Assembly (NCBI GenBank): GCA_964513345.1
Contig: CAZELY010000005.1
Span: 1-43,096, forward strand
Source of the DNA: an uncultured Muribaculaceae bacterium
Lineage (GTDB): Bacteria; Bacillota_I; Bacilli_A; RF39; UBA660
Reading direction: 5' to 3'
Length of the DNA: 43,096 bases
Made by a program: the position numbers and the translations under genes. How positions within the stretch are numbered: the stretch's first letter is position 1; each line of letters starts with the position of its first letter. The notes beneath the pieces were generated by a model that was given only the letters and a program-made list of their open reading frames with translations, was not told the DNA's origin and ran no database searches. Positions 31,138 to 40,494 of this stretch are shown in pieces.

Positions 31138-31467
31138 TTAATTGTTAGTGTTTTTTTCAATCATCTTATCATACTGTTTATATAAATATTGAACTCCGTT
31201 TTCTAAGCGAAAATAATGAATAACATAAAATAGCAAAAAAATCAACAAAATTAGGGCAATAACAAAAAACATATAGAACATAAAACCTAAATATGCAAAA
31301 ACTAGGAAAAATAATGCATAAAATAGTGTCACTAGTAAGTGTATTAGTCTTTCATGTTGAAAAAATTGGATCTTAATAAGGTGTTTTTTTATAACATCAT
31401 CAGTTATTTTTTTGTTTTCTAATAAATCATCAGTTCTTTTAATGTAAGTATATAAATATTCTTTCAT
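31138..31467 (-). CDS. small two-TM membrane protein with HERLIHL and HY..LENGVQ motifs
   Basis: 109-aa ORF, AAGGAG RBS, two hydrophobic helices between His-containing motifs. Confidence 0.8.
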   Translation of the reverse strand: MKEYLYTYIKRTDDLLENKKITDDVIKKHLIKIQFFQHERLIHLLVTLFYALFFLVFAYLGFMFYMFFVIALILLIFLLFYVIHYFRLENGVQYLYKQYDKMIEKNTNN

Positions 31468-31572
31468 AATTCTGCTCCTTTATTATATCCATTATAGCAC
31501 AATTTTAATACTTATGGTGTGTTATTGATTTATAAAATTATTTATTTTATAATTTATATGAGGTTAGTCAGT

Positions 31573-32148
31573 GTGAAAATAAAAAGTACAAAGTTAATAT
31601 TTTTATATCGTAGTTTTATATTTAGATTCACAAAATTTTCTACTACGGATAAAAAACTTAATAATATAGTTAAAGCTTTAAATATAAAAAAAAGAAAGCA
31701 AAGAATAGAATATGTTTACGATGAAGCAATCAAATATATAAATAAATACTATTCTGATGATTTATGTCAATTTAAAAATAACCAGTGTTTGGTTCAGAGA
31801 CAAAAAAAAGTAGATAAAATAAATGGTTGCTGCGGATTATGTATTTATCAAAACAGCAAAGGCTGCAAAGTGGATAACAAATCATGTAAATTATTTTACT
31901 GTGACACCGCACTTCGTAACATGAAGAAACTGGATATAAATCAAATAGATATTTTAAAATGTTTTAATTTGCGACAAAGATTTATCGTGAAATCTGATTT
32001 TTTTGCTACAAGGGAACAAGTAATTAATGATTTATATTATGGAATATTAATTGCTACAATAAGAGTTTCATATAGGCAACTTAAAAGCTGGTATATATCA
32101 AAAAAACGATATAGGCAATTCATATTGAAAAACAAAGAAAAAGTATGA
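31573..32148 (+). CDS. hypothetical Cys-rich basic protein
   Basis: GTG 31573 after GAGGT; cluster of 8 Cys (C-x5-C...GCC..C...GC...C.LFYC). Confidence 0.65.
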   Translation: MKIKSTKLIFLYRSFIFRFTKFSTTDKKLNNIVKALNIKKRKQRIEYVYDEAIKYINKYYSDDLCQFKNNQCLVQRQKKVDKINGCCGLCIYQNSKGCKVDNKSCKLFYCDTALRNMKKLDINQIDILKCFNLRQRFIVKSDFFATREQVINDLYYGILIATIRVSYRQLKSWYISKKRYRQFILKNKEKV

Positions 32149-32207
32149 TAAAATTATTATATATTTGAAGTTTATTTAACTTCATTTATGAAAGAAGTGG
32201 TTTTGGA

Positions 32208-34028
32208 ATGAAACAAACAGTAAAAACACCATGGTATAACTATTATAAAGGCGTTAAAAAGCATCTTGAATATCCGGATTTGTCTTTATATAAGTTAGTG
32301 GAATATACGTCATCAAAACATTTAAATAATATAAGCTATAATTATTATGGCAACAAAAAAACATATCATGAATTTTTAAAACAGATTGATGAAGCTGCGA
32401 GATCTTTTAAAGCGCTGGATGTTAAACGTAAAGATATAGTGAGTATTTGTATGCCAAACACTCCAGAAGCTATTATTGCTTTTTATGCAATAAATAAGAT
32501 TGGAGCTATTTCCAATTTGATTCATCCATTATCCGGAGAAAATGAAATTAAAAATTTTTTGAATAAAACTAATAGTAAATATATTGTGTGTATTGATGTT
32601 GCCCTAGATAAAATTAACAATATAATTGATAAAACGAAAATAAAAAATATTATTGTTGTTAGTGCTGCAGATTCTATGCCAACTTATTTAAGTGTTACTT
32701 ATAAAGCTATGAATTTGCATAAGACGACAATTAATGTTATAAGCAATCTAAGAAATCAAAACAAAGATAAAATGATAAAGTGGAATGAATTTATCAGACT
32801 TGGAAAAACATATACTAAGGAAATTGATGAAGATGTTAAGGGTAAGGATGTTGCGACCATTTTGTATTCTGGTGGCACTTCAGGAGAACCTAAAGGTGTT
32901 GAACTTACTAATTTAAATTTAAATGCTTTAGCTATGCAAGCCTTTGAAGCTTGCGCTAATTTAAATGAAAAAGACACAGGTTTAGCTATAATGCCAATTT
33001 TCCATGGTTTTGGTCTTGGTGTTTGTGTTCATACTGTTCAATATTTTGGTGGCACCTCTATTTTAATTCCACAGTTTAGTGCTAAAACATTCGATAAACT
33101 TCTCAAAAAATATGAACCAAATGTTATTGTTGGTGTTCCAACGTTATATGAAGCCCTATTAAAAAATAAAAACATGAATCATTATAAAATGCCATATTTA
33201 AAATGTGCGTTATCAGGTGGCGACTCACTTTCCATAGAACTTAAGAAAAAAATCGATAAATTTTTTAAAGATCATGGTGCTGATATTCAACTACGTGAAG
33301 GATATGGACTTACCGAATGTGGTTCAGCATCTTGTTTAACGCCTAAAGATTACTATCGTGAAGGTTCGATTGGAATTCCATTTCCAGATACTTTATATAA
33401 AATAGTAGAACCTGATACAGATAAAGAAGTTCCTTATGGAGAAGAGGGGGAAATTGTAATTAGTGGACCAACAGTAATGAACGGGTACTATCGAAGTCGA
33501 AAGGAAACCAAACAAACTCTTACAAAGCATAAAGATGGCCATATTTGGCTCCATACTGGCGACCAGGGTTATATGGATAAAGATGGTTTTGTTTATTACA
33601 AACAAAGAATAAAAAGAATGATTATAACTAGCGGATATTGCGTGTATCCACAATATGTTGAAAATGTTATTGATAGTCACGAAGATGTTTTAATGAGCTG
33701 TGTTATTGGCATTAAACATCCATATAAAATGCAAGTGGCTAAGGCCTTTATTGTTCTTAAAAACAATGTTAAGCCCACAGAAGAAACACTAAATTCTATA
33801 AAATTACATTGTCAAAAGAATTTGGCAAGGTATTCATGGCCATATGAATATGAATTTAGAGACGAATTACCTAAAACTTTGGTTGGTAAAGTTGCTTACA
33901 ATGTATTAATACATGAAGAAGAAGCAAAATATCAAAAGCGTACATTTGACAAAGCCGAAGATAAAGAAATTGTTACAGTTGAAGTTGTTCAAGATGAATT
34001 TATTGATAAAATGAAAGAAGACAAATAG
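32208..34028 (+). CDS. long-chain fatty acid-CoA ligase (AMP-binding family)
   Basis: YSGGTSGEPKG, EGYGLTE, WLHTGD.G, LPKTLVGK. Confidence 0.92.
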   Translation: MKQTVKTPWYNYYKGVKKHLEYPDLSLYKLVEYTSSKHLNNISYNYYGNKKTYHEFLKQIDEAARSFKALDVKRKDIVSICMPNTPEAIIAFYAINKIGAISNLIHPLSGENEIKNFLNKTNSKYIVCIDVALDKINNIIDKTKIKNIIVVSAADSMPTYLSVTYKAMNLHKTTINVISNLRNQNKDKMIKWNEFIRLGKTYTKEIDEDVKGKDVATILYSGGTSGEPKGVELTNLNLNALAMQAFEACANLNEKDTGLAIMPIFHGFGLGVCVHTVQYFGGTSILIPQFSAKTFDKLLKKYEPNVIVGVPTLYEALLKNKNMNHYKMPYLKCALSGGDSLSIELKKKIDKFFKDHGADIQLREGYGLTECGSASCLTPKDYYREGSIGIPFPDTLYKIVEPDTDKEVPYGEEGEIVISGPTVMNGYYRSRKETKQTLTKHKDGHIWLHTGDQGYMDKDGFVYYKQRIKRMIITSGYCVYPQYVENVIDSHEDVLMSCVIGIKHPYKMQVAKAFIVLKNNVKPTEETLNSIKLHCQKNLARYSWPYEYEFRDELPKTLVGKVAYNVLIHEEEAKYQKRTFDKAEDKEIVTVEVVQDEFIDKMKEDK

Positions 34029-34070
34029 TCTTCTTTTAAATATGGTATAATGAATATGAGGTGTAATAAA

Positions 34071-35114
34071 ATGAAAAATGTTTTTGATTATTTAAAATTT
34101 TATAATGAAACTAGTTTTGATGAATATAAATTTAATGATATGGATAATGTTGTTTTTTCAATATTATCTTATTTACCACTTAAAAATTTAGTGACTGAGC
34201 AAAGTTACGACTTACTGGAAATATTAAAGATTATTCAAGAAGGTAAAAAAACACCTCGCGGTTTAGGCCTGGCGGCCACAAAAATATTGGAAATTATTGC
34301 CTTAGGGCAAAGATACAAAGATGTAGTTCTTAGTAATTATGTGTCATTGGTGGATGATCAAACACAGTTTAGTGCTGTAAAATTTAAATTTAATGATATG
34401 TGTTATATTGCCTTTAAAGGAACCGATAGTTCTTTATCTGGCTGGAAAGAAAATCTAGAACTTTGTTATAAATATCCTGTGAATGCACAAGAACAAGCAA
34501 TATCCTATTTACAAAAAGTGGTTAATGAAGAAGATAAAAATATCTATATTGGTGGACATTCAAAGGGCGGTAATTTGGCAATGGTAAGCGCTATGGAAAA
34601 TAATCAATTAATCGATAGAATTATTACTATTTATAATAACGATGGTCCAGGTTTTTTAAAACAAGAATTTGAGTCAAAAAAATATAAAGAAATGAGCAAA
34701 AAATTAAAAAATATAATTCCTGAGGGGAGTATGGTCGGAGTTCTATTGAATAATATTGACCCAATGGTTATCGAATCTAATGAAATTGGTATTCAAGAAC
34801 ATTTTTTGAATAATTGGCAATGTTTCGGTGGCTTTTTGATTCCAGGAAACCTTTCTAAAGCAAGTATTAGAATTAAGAAACAGTTAAATGAATGGGTCGA
34901 AAAAACATCTGACCAAAACAAAAAAATAGCGGTTAACGCTTTATTTGATATATTATATGATAATGATATTAAATATTTTAATCAACTTAAGGATTTAAAC
35001 ATGAATGATTTTATCGATATGATAAAGGATGCTAATAAAGTTGATGAAGATACTAAAAATATTATTTTAGAAACTTTAAAATCATTGTTATTTAATTCAA
35101 AAAAAGAAGAATAA
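34071..35114 (+). CDS. DUF2974/Mbeg1-like alpha/beta hydrolase (lipase-like)
   Basis: AFKGTD.SL.GWKEN, GHSKGGNLA, DGPGF. Confidence 0.85.
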   Translation: MKNVFDYLKFYNETSFDEYKFNDMDNVVFSILSYLPLKNLVTEQSYDLLEILKIIQEGKKTPRGLGLAATKILEIIALGQRYKDVVLSNYVSLVDDQTQFSAVKFKFNDMCYIAFKGTDSSLSGWKENLELCYKYPVNAQEQAISYLQKVVNEEDKNIYIGGHSKGGNLAMVSAMENNQLIDRIITIYNNDGPGFLKQEFESKKYKEMSKKLKNIIPEGSMVGVLLNNIDPMVIESNEIGIQEHFLNNWQCFGGFLIPGNLSKASIRIKKQLNEWVEKTSDQNKKIAVNALFDILYDNDIKYFNQLKDLNMNDFIDMIKDANKVDEDTKNIILETLKSLLFNSKKEE

Positions 35115-35140
35115 ACCTTTAAAAATAACATATAATATTT

Positions 35141-35182
35141 TTAGCACTCACCCTTGACAAGTGCTAAAAAAGGTGCTATAGT
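35141..35182 (+). promoter_or_regulatory. CIRCE (HrcA operator) overlapping the hsp20 promoter
   Basis: TTAGCACTC-N9-aAGTGCTAA (35141-35167); -35 TTGACA at 35154-59 and -10 TATAGT at 35177-82, 17-bp spacer. Confidence 0.92.
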
Positions 35183-35205
35183 TATATTGTAAAGGAGATG
35201 AGATT

Positions 35206-35589
35206 ATGTTACCAAGAAAATTTTATTTAGGTGATGTCTTTGATAATTTAATGGAAAATGGTGGTATGGAAATGATGAAATGCGATGTTTATGAGAAGGA
35301 TAATGTTTGCCATATTGAAGCTGATATTCCTGGCATTGATAAAAAGGATATTTCTATTGAATGTAATGATGGTTACATTACAATCAAAGCAACAAAAGAA
35401 CAAAAAGAAGAATCTGAAAACAAGAACATTATTAGACAAGAAAGATTTTATGGATCTATGGAACGTAAATTCTATGTTGGTGACATTGACGAAGAAAATA
35501 TTAATGCTTCCTTTGAAAATGGCGTATTAAAAATTGAAATACCGAAAATTGACAAAGACAAAAACAAGAAATTCATTGAAATCAAATAA
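35206..35589 (+). CDS. Hsp20/alpha-crystallin small heat shock protein
   Basis: ADIPG..K.DI, RQERFYG, A.FENGVLKI.IPK. Confidence 0.93.
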   Translation: MLPRKFYLGDVFDNLMENGGMEMMKCDVYEKDNVCHIEADIPGIDKKDISIECNDGYITIKATKEQKEESENKNIIRQERFYGSMERKFYVGDIDEENINASFENGVLKIEIPKIDKDKNKKFIEIK

Positions 35590-35595
35590 AAGAAC

Positions 35596-36222
35596 CTATG
35601 AGGTTCTTTTACTTTTTATAAAAGCGATAATAACTGGCAAAATAGAAAGAAATACAATTCCTAAAACGACTAAGCTAAAGTTATCCGCAACTATAGGAAT
35701 ATTGCCGAAGAAATATCCTAAACAAAGGAATAAGATAACCCAGCAAATGCCACCTAAAGCATTGTAAATCATAAATTTTTTAAAATCTAACTTACCCATT
35801 CCAACTACAAAAGGAACGATGGTTCTGATAATTGGCATAAAACGTTTTATAAATACTGCAAAGCTACCGTATTTAGCAATTAATGCATCAGCTTTATCTA
35901 AGTTTTCCTTTTTTATTAAGGTGAATTTTTTGTTATCGACAAGCTTCCGCCCAAAATATTTACCAACTAAGTAGTTAATAGTATCACCTAATATAGCGGC
36001 AAAAATAAGTAAAAATATAAGAGTCCAAATGTTTAAGTCACCAATGGCGGCAAATGTGCCAGCGGCAAAAATCAGTGAATCTCCTGGCAAAAACGGCATT
36101 ATAACTAGACCGGTTTCAACGAAAATTACTAAAAATAAAATGCCATAAACAAAGATACCATAGTCAGTTATAAATTGGCCAATATATTGATCACAATGTA
36201 AAATAAAATCAATGATAGGCAT
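35596..36222 (-). CDS. DedA family membrane protein
   Basis: FVETGLVIMPFLPGDSLIF, GDTINY, RFMPIIRT. Confidence 0.93.
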   Translation of the reverse strand: MPIIDFILHCDQYIGQFITDYGIFVYGILFLVIFVETGLVIMPFLPGDSLIFAAGTFAAIGDLNIWTLIFLLIFAAILGDTINYLVGKYFGRKLVDNKKFTLIKKENLDKADALIAKYGSFAVFIKRFMPIIRTIVPFVVGMGKLDFKKFMIYNALGGICWVILFLCLGYFFGNIPIVADNFSLVVLGIVFLSILPVIIAFIKSKRTS

Positions 36223-36393
36223 AAATACCTCCTTAGTTCTTAATGCTAATACATTATACCATTTATAATTTCAGATGTAAAATAAATTGTCAACTAATGA
36301 AAGTATTATTTTTAAAAAAAATTACTTTTTGCATAAAAAATATTGACAAAAAACAGTGTTGCTGTCTATAATAGATTTGTTGAAGGTGATAAC

Positions 36394-36720
36394 ATGAACA
36401 AAAAGGAGTTTGCGGTTAGTTTAATAAATGATAAGTTGCAAGGCAAAACATTTTTAAATTACAAAGAAATTGCCGCTATTACAGGTTATCATCCTAAATA
36501 CATTTTGAAATTAAAAAAAGACATTTTAGATGGAACTATTAGTTTAGTTCACGGAAACAAAAATAGATTACCAGCGAATGTTATGAGTGAGGAAGAACAA
36601 AAATACATTATTGCTCTTTATAAAAAGAGTAATGTTAGTATTAGAAAGTTTTGCCACTTTTATAATCGCCGAAGCTATTCTTGTATATATAATTTGTTGA
36701 AAAAAAACGGTTTGATTTAA
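36394..36720 (+). CDS. HTH protein resembling the N-terminal DNA-binding region of ISNCY/IS1202-type transposases
   Basis: EIAAITGYH..YILKLK helix-turn-helix then LVHGNKNRLPAN; promoter TTGACA-18-TATAAT (36343-36372), ATG 36394 after AGGTGA. Confidence 0.6.
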   Translation: MNKKEFAVSLINDKLQGKTFLNYKEIAAITGYHPKYILKLKKDILDGTISLVHGNKNRLPANVMSEEEQKYIIALYKKSNVSIRKFCHFYNRRSYSCIYNLLKKNGLI

Positions 36721-36851
36721 CCGTTTTTTTATTGAGTAAAGAAAAGATAATAATGATAATATTTTAATAAAAAAGCGGCTAATTTAGTAGTACCTTAGAA
36801 TTTGACAAAATCGAAAAAACTGTTATAATATAAGCCGTTAGGGGTGAGATT

Positions 36852-37445
36852 ATGAAAAATTTAACGGTTACACAAAAAATAATTACAGCCGGCGTAACAT
36901 TTGCCTTAGCGGGTACACTAGTAGGGTGTGCTAGCTCAAGCAAAGCTAAAGAAGAACAAGTAAGTACTTCAGCAATTGAACAAACATATAGTAATAAAAG
37001 TGAACAAAATCCGATAACAGAGTATTTAGAACAAGAAGACCCTTCATCTGCCGTTGAAGAAGCAATTACACTCATGGTTGAGGGTGCTGAAAATGTTTCA
37101 GAAGCTAGTGAAAAAACGAAAGAATCAGAAGCTTATCAGGAAGCTAAAGAGGAGACCTTAGAAAACTTTATTACGCTTTCAGAATTTTTGCAAGGTGATG
37201 CTGAAATTGCTGGATATACTATTGACGAAGTCAAGGAAAGCACTGTTGAATTTGCCGAAGATTCATGGCAAGAATTAGATTCTGATTTAGAAAAAATTTA
37301 TCCAGATTATAAACAAAAGTTAAAAGAAAAAGGTGTGGAATTTTTAGATTGGCTTGAGGATAAGAGTACTGATGTATTTGCTTGGGGATATAATAAGTAT
37401 CAAGACATAAAAGAAAAAACCTTAGAAAAGGCTCGTAATAAATAA
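36852..37445 (+). CDS. acidic lipoprotein of unknown function
   Basis: Lipobox LVG-C after hydrophobic signal; promoter TTGACA-16-TATAAT (36802-36829); terminator AACCATGG/CCATGGTT. Confidence 0.8.
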   Translation: MKNLTVTQKIITAGVTFALAGTLVGCASSSKAKEEQVSTSAIEQTYSNKSEQNPITEYLEQEDPSSAVEEAITLMVEGAENVSEASEKTKESEAYQEAKEETLENFITLSEFLQGDAEIAGYTIDEVKESTVEFAEDSWQELDSDLEKIYPDYKQKLKEKGVEFLDWLEDKSTDVFAWGYNKYQDIKEKTLEKARNK

Positions 37446-37540
37446 CCATGGAATTAATTCCCATGGTTTTTAATTGTATTTTTAAATGATTTATGCTAAA
37501 TTATTAGTATGCATAATGCAAACAATAAGAAGGTGGAATA

Positions 37541-38242
37541 ATGATTAATTTTATTGTATGTGATGATGATAAAAAGTACGTTGAATTTATATGCCATATA
37601 ATTACCAAACATATGATGAAAAACAAATTAGAATATAAAATTCATAAATTTTATGATTATGATCAATCATTTATTAATATGGTAAAATCAAACCTTCCTT
37701 ACAAAATTTATATTTTAGATATTGAAACTCCTACACGATCTGGTATTGATATTGCTAGAATTATTAGAAATAAGGATGTTGATAGTATAATTATATTTTT
37801 AACTGGTCATCAAGAGCTTAGTAGCGTCATCATTAAAAATGAATTTTTATTTTTATCATTTATTAATAAATTTGATGACTGTGAGCACAGATTAATTAGA
37901 GCTTTAAATAGGGCTTTTAAAGTATTAAAAAGTAAAAAGAGAATTCAATTCAAAGATTGTGGAACTATATATACTATAGCATTAGAAGATATTTTATATA
38001 TTACTAAAGATAGTGTTGCTAGAAAAAGCATTATTAAAACGGATTATTCTGAAATTAGGGTTAATAAAAGTCTAGCAGATTTAGAAGCAATGTTAGATGA
38101 AAGATTTATTAAAACTCATAGAGCTTGTTTAGTCAATAAAAAAAGAATAGTAAGCTATAATAAACCAAAACGTTTTATTATGTTTGACAATGGTGAAACG
38201 ATAGATATTATTTCAACAAGATTTGATGGGGAGTTGATTTAA
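37541..38242 (+). CDS. agrA: LytTR-family response regulator (AgrA-like)
   Basis: CDDD, ILDIE (phosphoacceptor Asp), IFLT, LytTR FIKTHRACLVN. Confidence 0.88.
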   Translation: MINFIVCDDDKKYVEFICHIITKHMMKNKLEYKIHKFYDYDQSFINMVKSNLPYKIYILDIETPTRSGIDIARIIRNKDVDSIIIFLTGHQELSSVIIKNEFLFLSFINKFDDCEHRLIRALNRAFKVLKSKKRIQFKDCGTIYTIALEDILYITKDSVARKSIIKTDYSEIRVNKSLADLEAMLDERFIKTHRACLVNKKRIVSYNKPKRFIMFDNGETIDIISTRFDGELI

Positions 38243-38243
38243 A

Positions 38244-39554
38244 ATGGATTGGGCATTGTTCTTAACGTTGGTTACAAGTTCATTATTTATGACTGCTGCC
38301 AATATATACGCTTGGTATAAACTTTCTGGTAAAAGCACCAACTTTAAAGACCATAAACTATATAAGATTCTTATCGTGTTAACCTTGCTTGGCGCAATAT
38401 TCAATTATTCTTTTCCGACATATTTAAAACTGCCATTAATGTTTTTTATTTCCGTTTTTGCTGTTTATAGGCATATTACAAAAAAAGCAGAATCAAGCAC
38501 TGCTTTGGTTTTAGTTACCATGGGCCTTTCAATGGTTGCTGAAGTCGTTATTGTACTTGTTGCTTCTTTATTTTTGGGCGATTATGTTGAAACATTTGTC
38601 GCTAGATCATTTGGCAATATTATATTAAATATTTGCACATCTATATTTATTGTTCTTGGATCACAGCATAAATATGCAAAAGCATTTTATGAAAAATTAG
38701 TAGTAATTTTCAATCGTATGAAAAGAAATAAATTGATAATTTGTTGTATTGCTACTATTGGTATAACTATTATTTTTATGATAACAACATATATGGATTT
38801 ACCTAAATCTATTATTTTACTAATAAATAGCAGTTTGGTTATTGTATATGTTATTGTAATTATTAGATTATCAGTGACTAGAGAAAAAATGAAGGCTATT
38901 AATAGTAAATATGAAATGAGTCTATCTAGTTTAAAAAGTTTTGAAAATGTAATGAATCAATATAGAATTGACAATCATGAAAATAAAAATCAACTGCTTA
39001 CCATCAGGAATATGGTGAAATCTAAAGATAAAAAAACTATAGACTACATTGATAAAATAATTGATAATAAAATAAAAGATAATGAAGATATAAACTATAG
39101 AACGTTTAAAATTCCTGAGGGTGGACTACGTGCTACAATATATCCAAAACTAACTGAAATGAAAGAGTTACATATTAAATATATTTTGGATGTATCTAAT
39201 GGTGTTAGTGCCTTAGATTTAATTAATATTAACGAGGATACTATGTTAAACAGTTGTAAGATTATTGGAGTGTTTTTAGATAATGCAATCGATGCTGTTA
39301 AAAATTTAAAAAAGAAAGAAATAATAATAGAAATTTTTATGCTGGATGATTTTTTATGCATAGACATCGGTAACAATTATAAAGGACCACTAGATATGGA
39401 AAAGATTTCTAATGCTGGATATACTACAAAAGGTGATAACCACGGATACGGATTAGCCTTAGTCAGTAAAATAATTAAAAACGATGATCATTTAGAAAAT
39501 GAAAAATTGTTAACTAAAAATAAATTTACTCAAAGATTAAAAATTAAAATGTAG
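38244..39554 (+). CDS. agrC: AgrC-like multi-TM sensor histidine kinase
   Basis: About 6 TM helices, HENKNQL H-box, LDNAIDA N-box, TTKGDNHGYGL G-box. Confidence 0.88.
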   Translation: MDWALFLTLVTSSLFMTAANIYAWYKLSGKSTNFKDHKLYKILIVLTLLGAIFNYSFPTYLKLPLMFFISVFAVYRHITKKAESSTALVLVTMGLSMVAEVVIVLVASLFLGDYVETFVARSFGNIILNICTSIFIVLGSQHKYAKAFYEKLVVIFNRMKRNKLIICCIATIGITIIFMITTYMDLPKSIILLINSSLVIVYVIVIIRLSVTREKMKAINSKYEMSLSSLKSFENVMNQYRIDNHENKNQLLTIRNMVKSKDKKTIDYIDKIIDNKIKDNEDINYRTFKIPEGGLRATIYPKLTEMKELHIKYILDVSNGVSALDLININEDTMLNSCKIIGVFLDNAIDAVKNLKKKEIIIEIFMLDDFLCIDIGNNYKGPLDMEKISNAGYTTKGDNHGYGLALVSKIIKNDDHLENEKLLTKNKFTQRLKIKM

Positions 39555-39575
39555 AGAAAACTCTCTACATTTTTT
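39547..39575. terminator. bidirectional terminator agrC/agrD
   Basis: AAAATGTAGAGA-aaac-TCTCTACATTTT. Confidence 0.8.
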
Positions 39576-39693
39576 ATTTGATTAAAGTTCTAGGGCATTT
39601 TGGTTCATCGAGCCAGAAATAAATACAAGCTTGACTACCAAATTCAGCAACAAAAGTACCAATGCTAGCTAAAGCAGTAATAATAAAATTCAT
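39574..39693 (-). CDS. agrD: AgrD cyclic-thiolactone autoinducer precursor (not in ORF track)
   Basis: MNFIITALASIGTFVAEFGSQACIYFWLDEPKCPRTLIK*, AAGGAGGT RBS, immediately downstream of agrB. Confidence 0.88.
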   Translation of the reverse strand: MNFIITALASIGTFVAEFGSQACIYFWLDEPKCPRTLIK

Positions 39694-39741
39694 ACATTAT
39701 ACCTCCTTCCATCTTTATGTTTAAATAAAATTTAAACCGAG

Positions 39742-40338
39742 CTAAATATAATTTTTATAATTATCATATGGTAGATTAAATAGTTTATAAATGGTTGGTG
39801 ATATCATAAAGCATTGAACAAGCAAGCTAAAGATAAAGCAGTTACCTAAAAAATTATTTGGTATTGTAAGTGCTAGTGCGATAAAAATTATTGCTATACC
39901 TGTTGATAATAATTTATATATAAATCTTCTTTTCGGATTAATGATAGGTCTTTTTTCAGTATCAGCAGGACTATTTTTACAAATAAAAAATATTAATATT
40001 ATTCCTAGAATTATTTTTATATTAATTGGTATTGTAATTAGTGTACAAACAAAAGCGCTTCCAATAAATATAGTTAATGATGACACTAGGCATATCCAAC
40101 TTTTAGTAGCGTGCAGTCCAAATGAAGGCATTCTAATAAAGTTATATATTAATGCAAAAATAATTAATTCTTTGACGATGCCCAATAAAGCAGCAATAAC
40201 AAGAATAATAGTGGTTTTAGTAATTAAAATATAAAGGCCTTCCAATCCGTATTGAATTACTTCTAGTTTTTCTTGATCAAAATCAGGATTGCTTTTTTTA
40301 ATGTGTGACATAGAACCATTTATTACTAATTCTTTCAT
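39742..40338 (-). CDS. agrB: AgrB peptide-processing membrane protease
   Basis: YGLE, R.PSFGLHA...W.C (catalytic His/Cys), SPADTEKRP. Confidence 0.92.
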   Translation of the reverse strand: MKELVINGSMSHIKKSNPDFDQEKLEVIQYGLEGLYILITKTTIILVIAALLGIVKELIIFALIYNFIRMPSFGLHATKSWICLVSSLTIFIGSAFVCTLITIPINIKIILGIILIFFICKNSPADTEKRPIINPKRRFIYKLLSTGIAIIFIALALTIPNNFLGNCFIFSLLVQCFMISPTIYKLFNLPYDNYKNYI

Positions 40339-40411
40339 GGAATCAACTGCTTTCTATGCTCATATATTAGCACCTATATTAACGCATAATTTTTATTTTG
40401 CCTGATGGAAG

Positions 40412-40494
40412 TTCGTGCAAGTACCAACTAAAAAATAATATAACTATTCGTGACACATTGTTTCATTCATGCACTATAATGTTACTTTCATGCA
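40412..40494 (-). promoter_or_regulatory. candidate LytTR (AgrA) direct-repeat boxes upstream of agrB
   Basis: TTCGTGCA 40412, TTCGTGAC 40447, TTCATGCA 40466, TTCATGCA 40487 (last pair 21 bp apart). Confidence 0.55.

Noticed and set aside
35248-35767. Alternative-frame and antisense ORFs over hsp20/dedA (35248..35439, 35285..35530, 35534..35767)
   Set aside because: Overlap well-supported genes and have no independent expression signals
36343-36730. Active insertion sequence
   Set aside because: No catalytic DDE domain, terminal inverted repeats or target duplication seen
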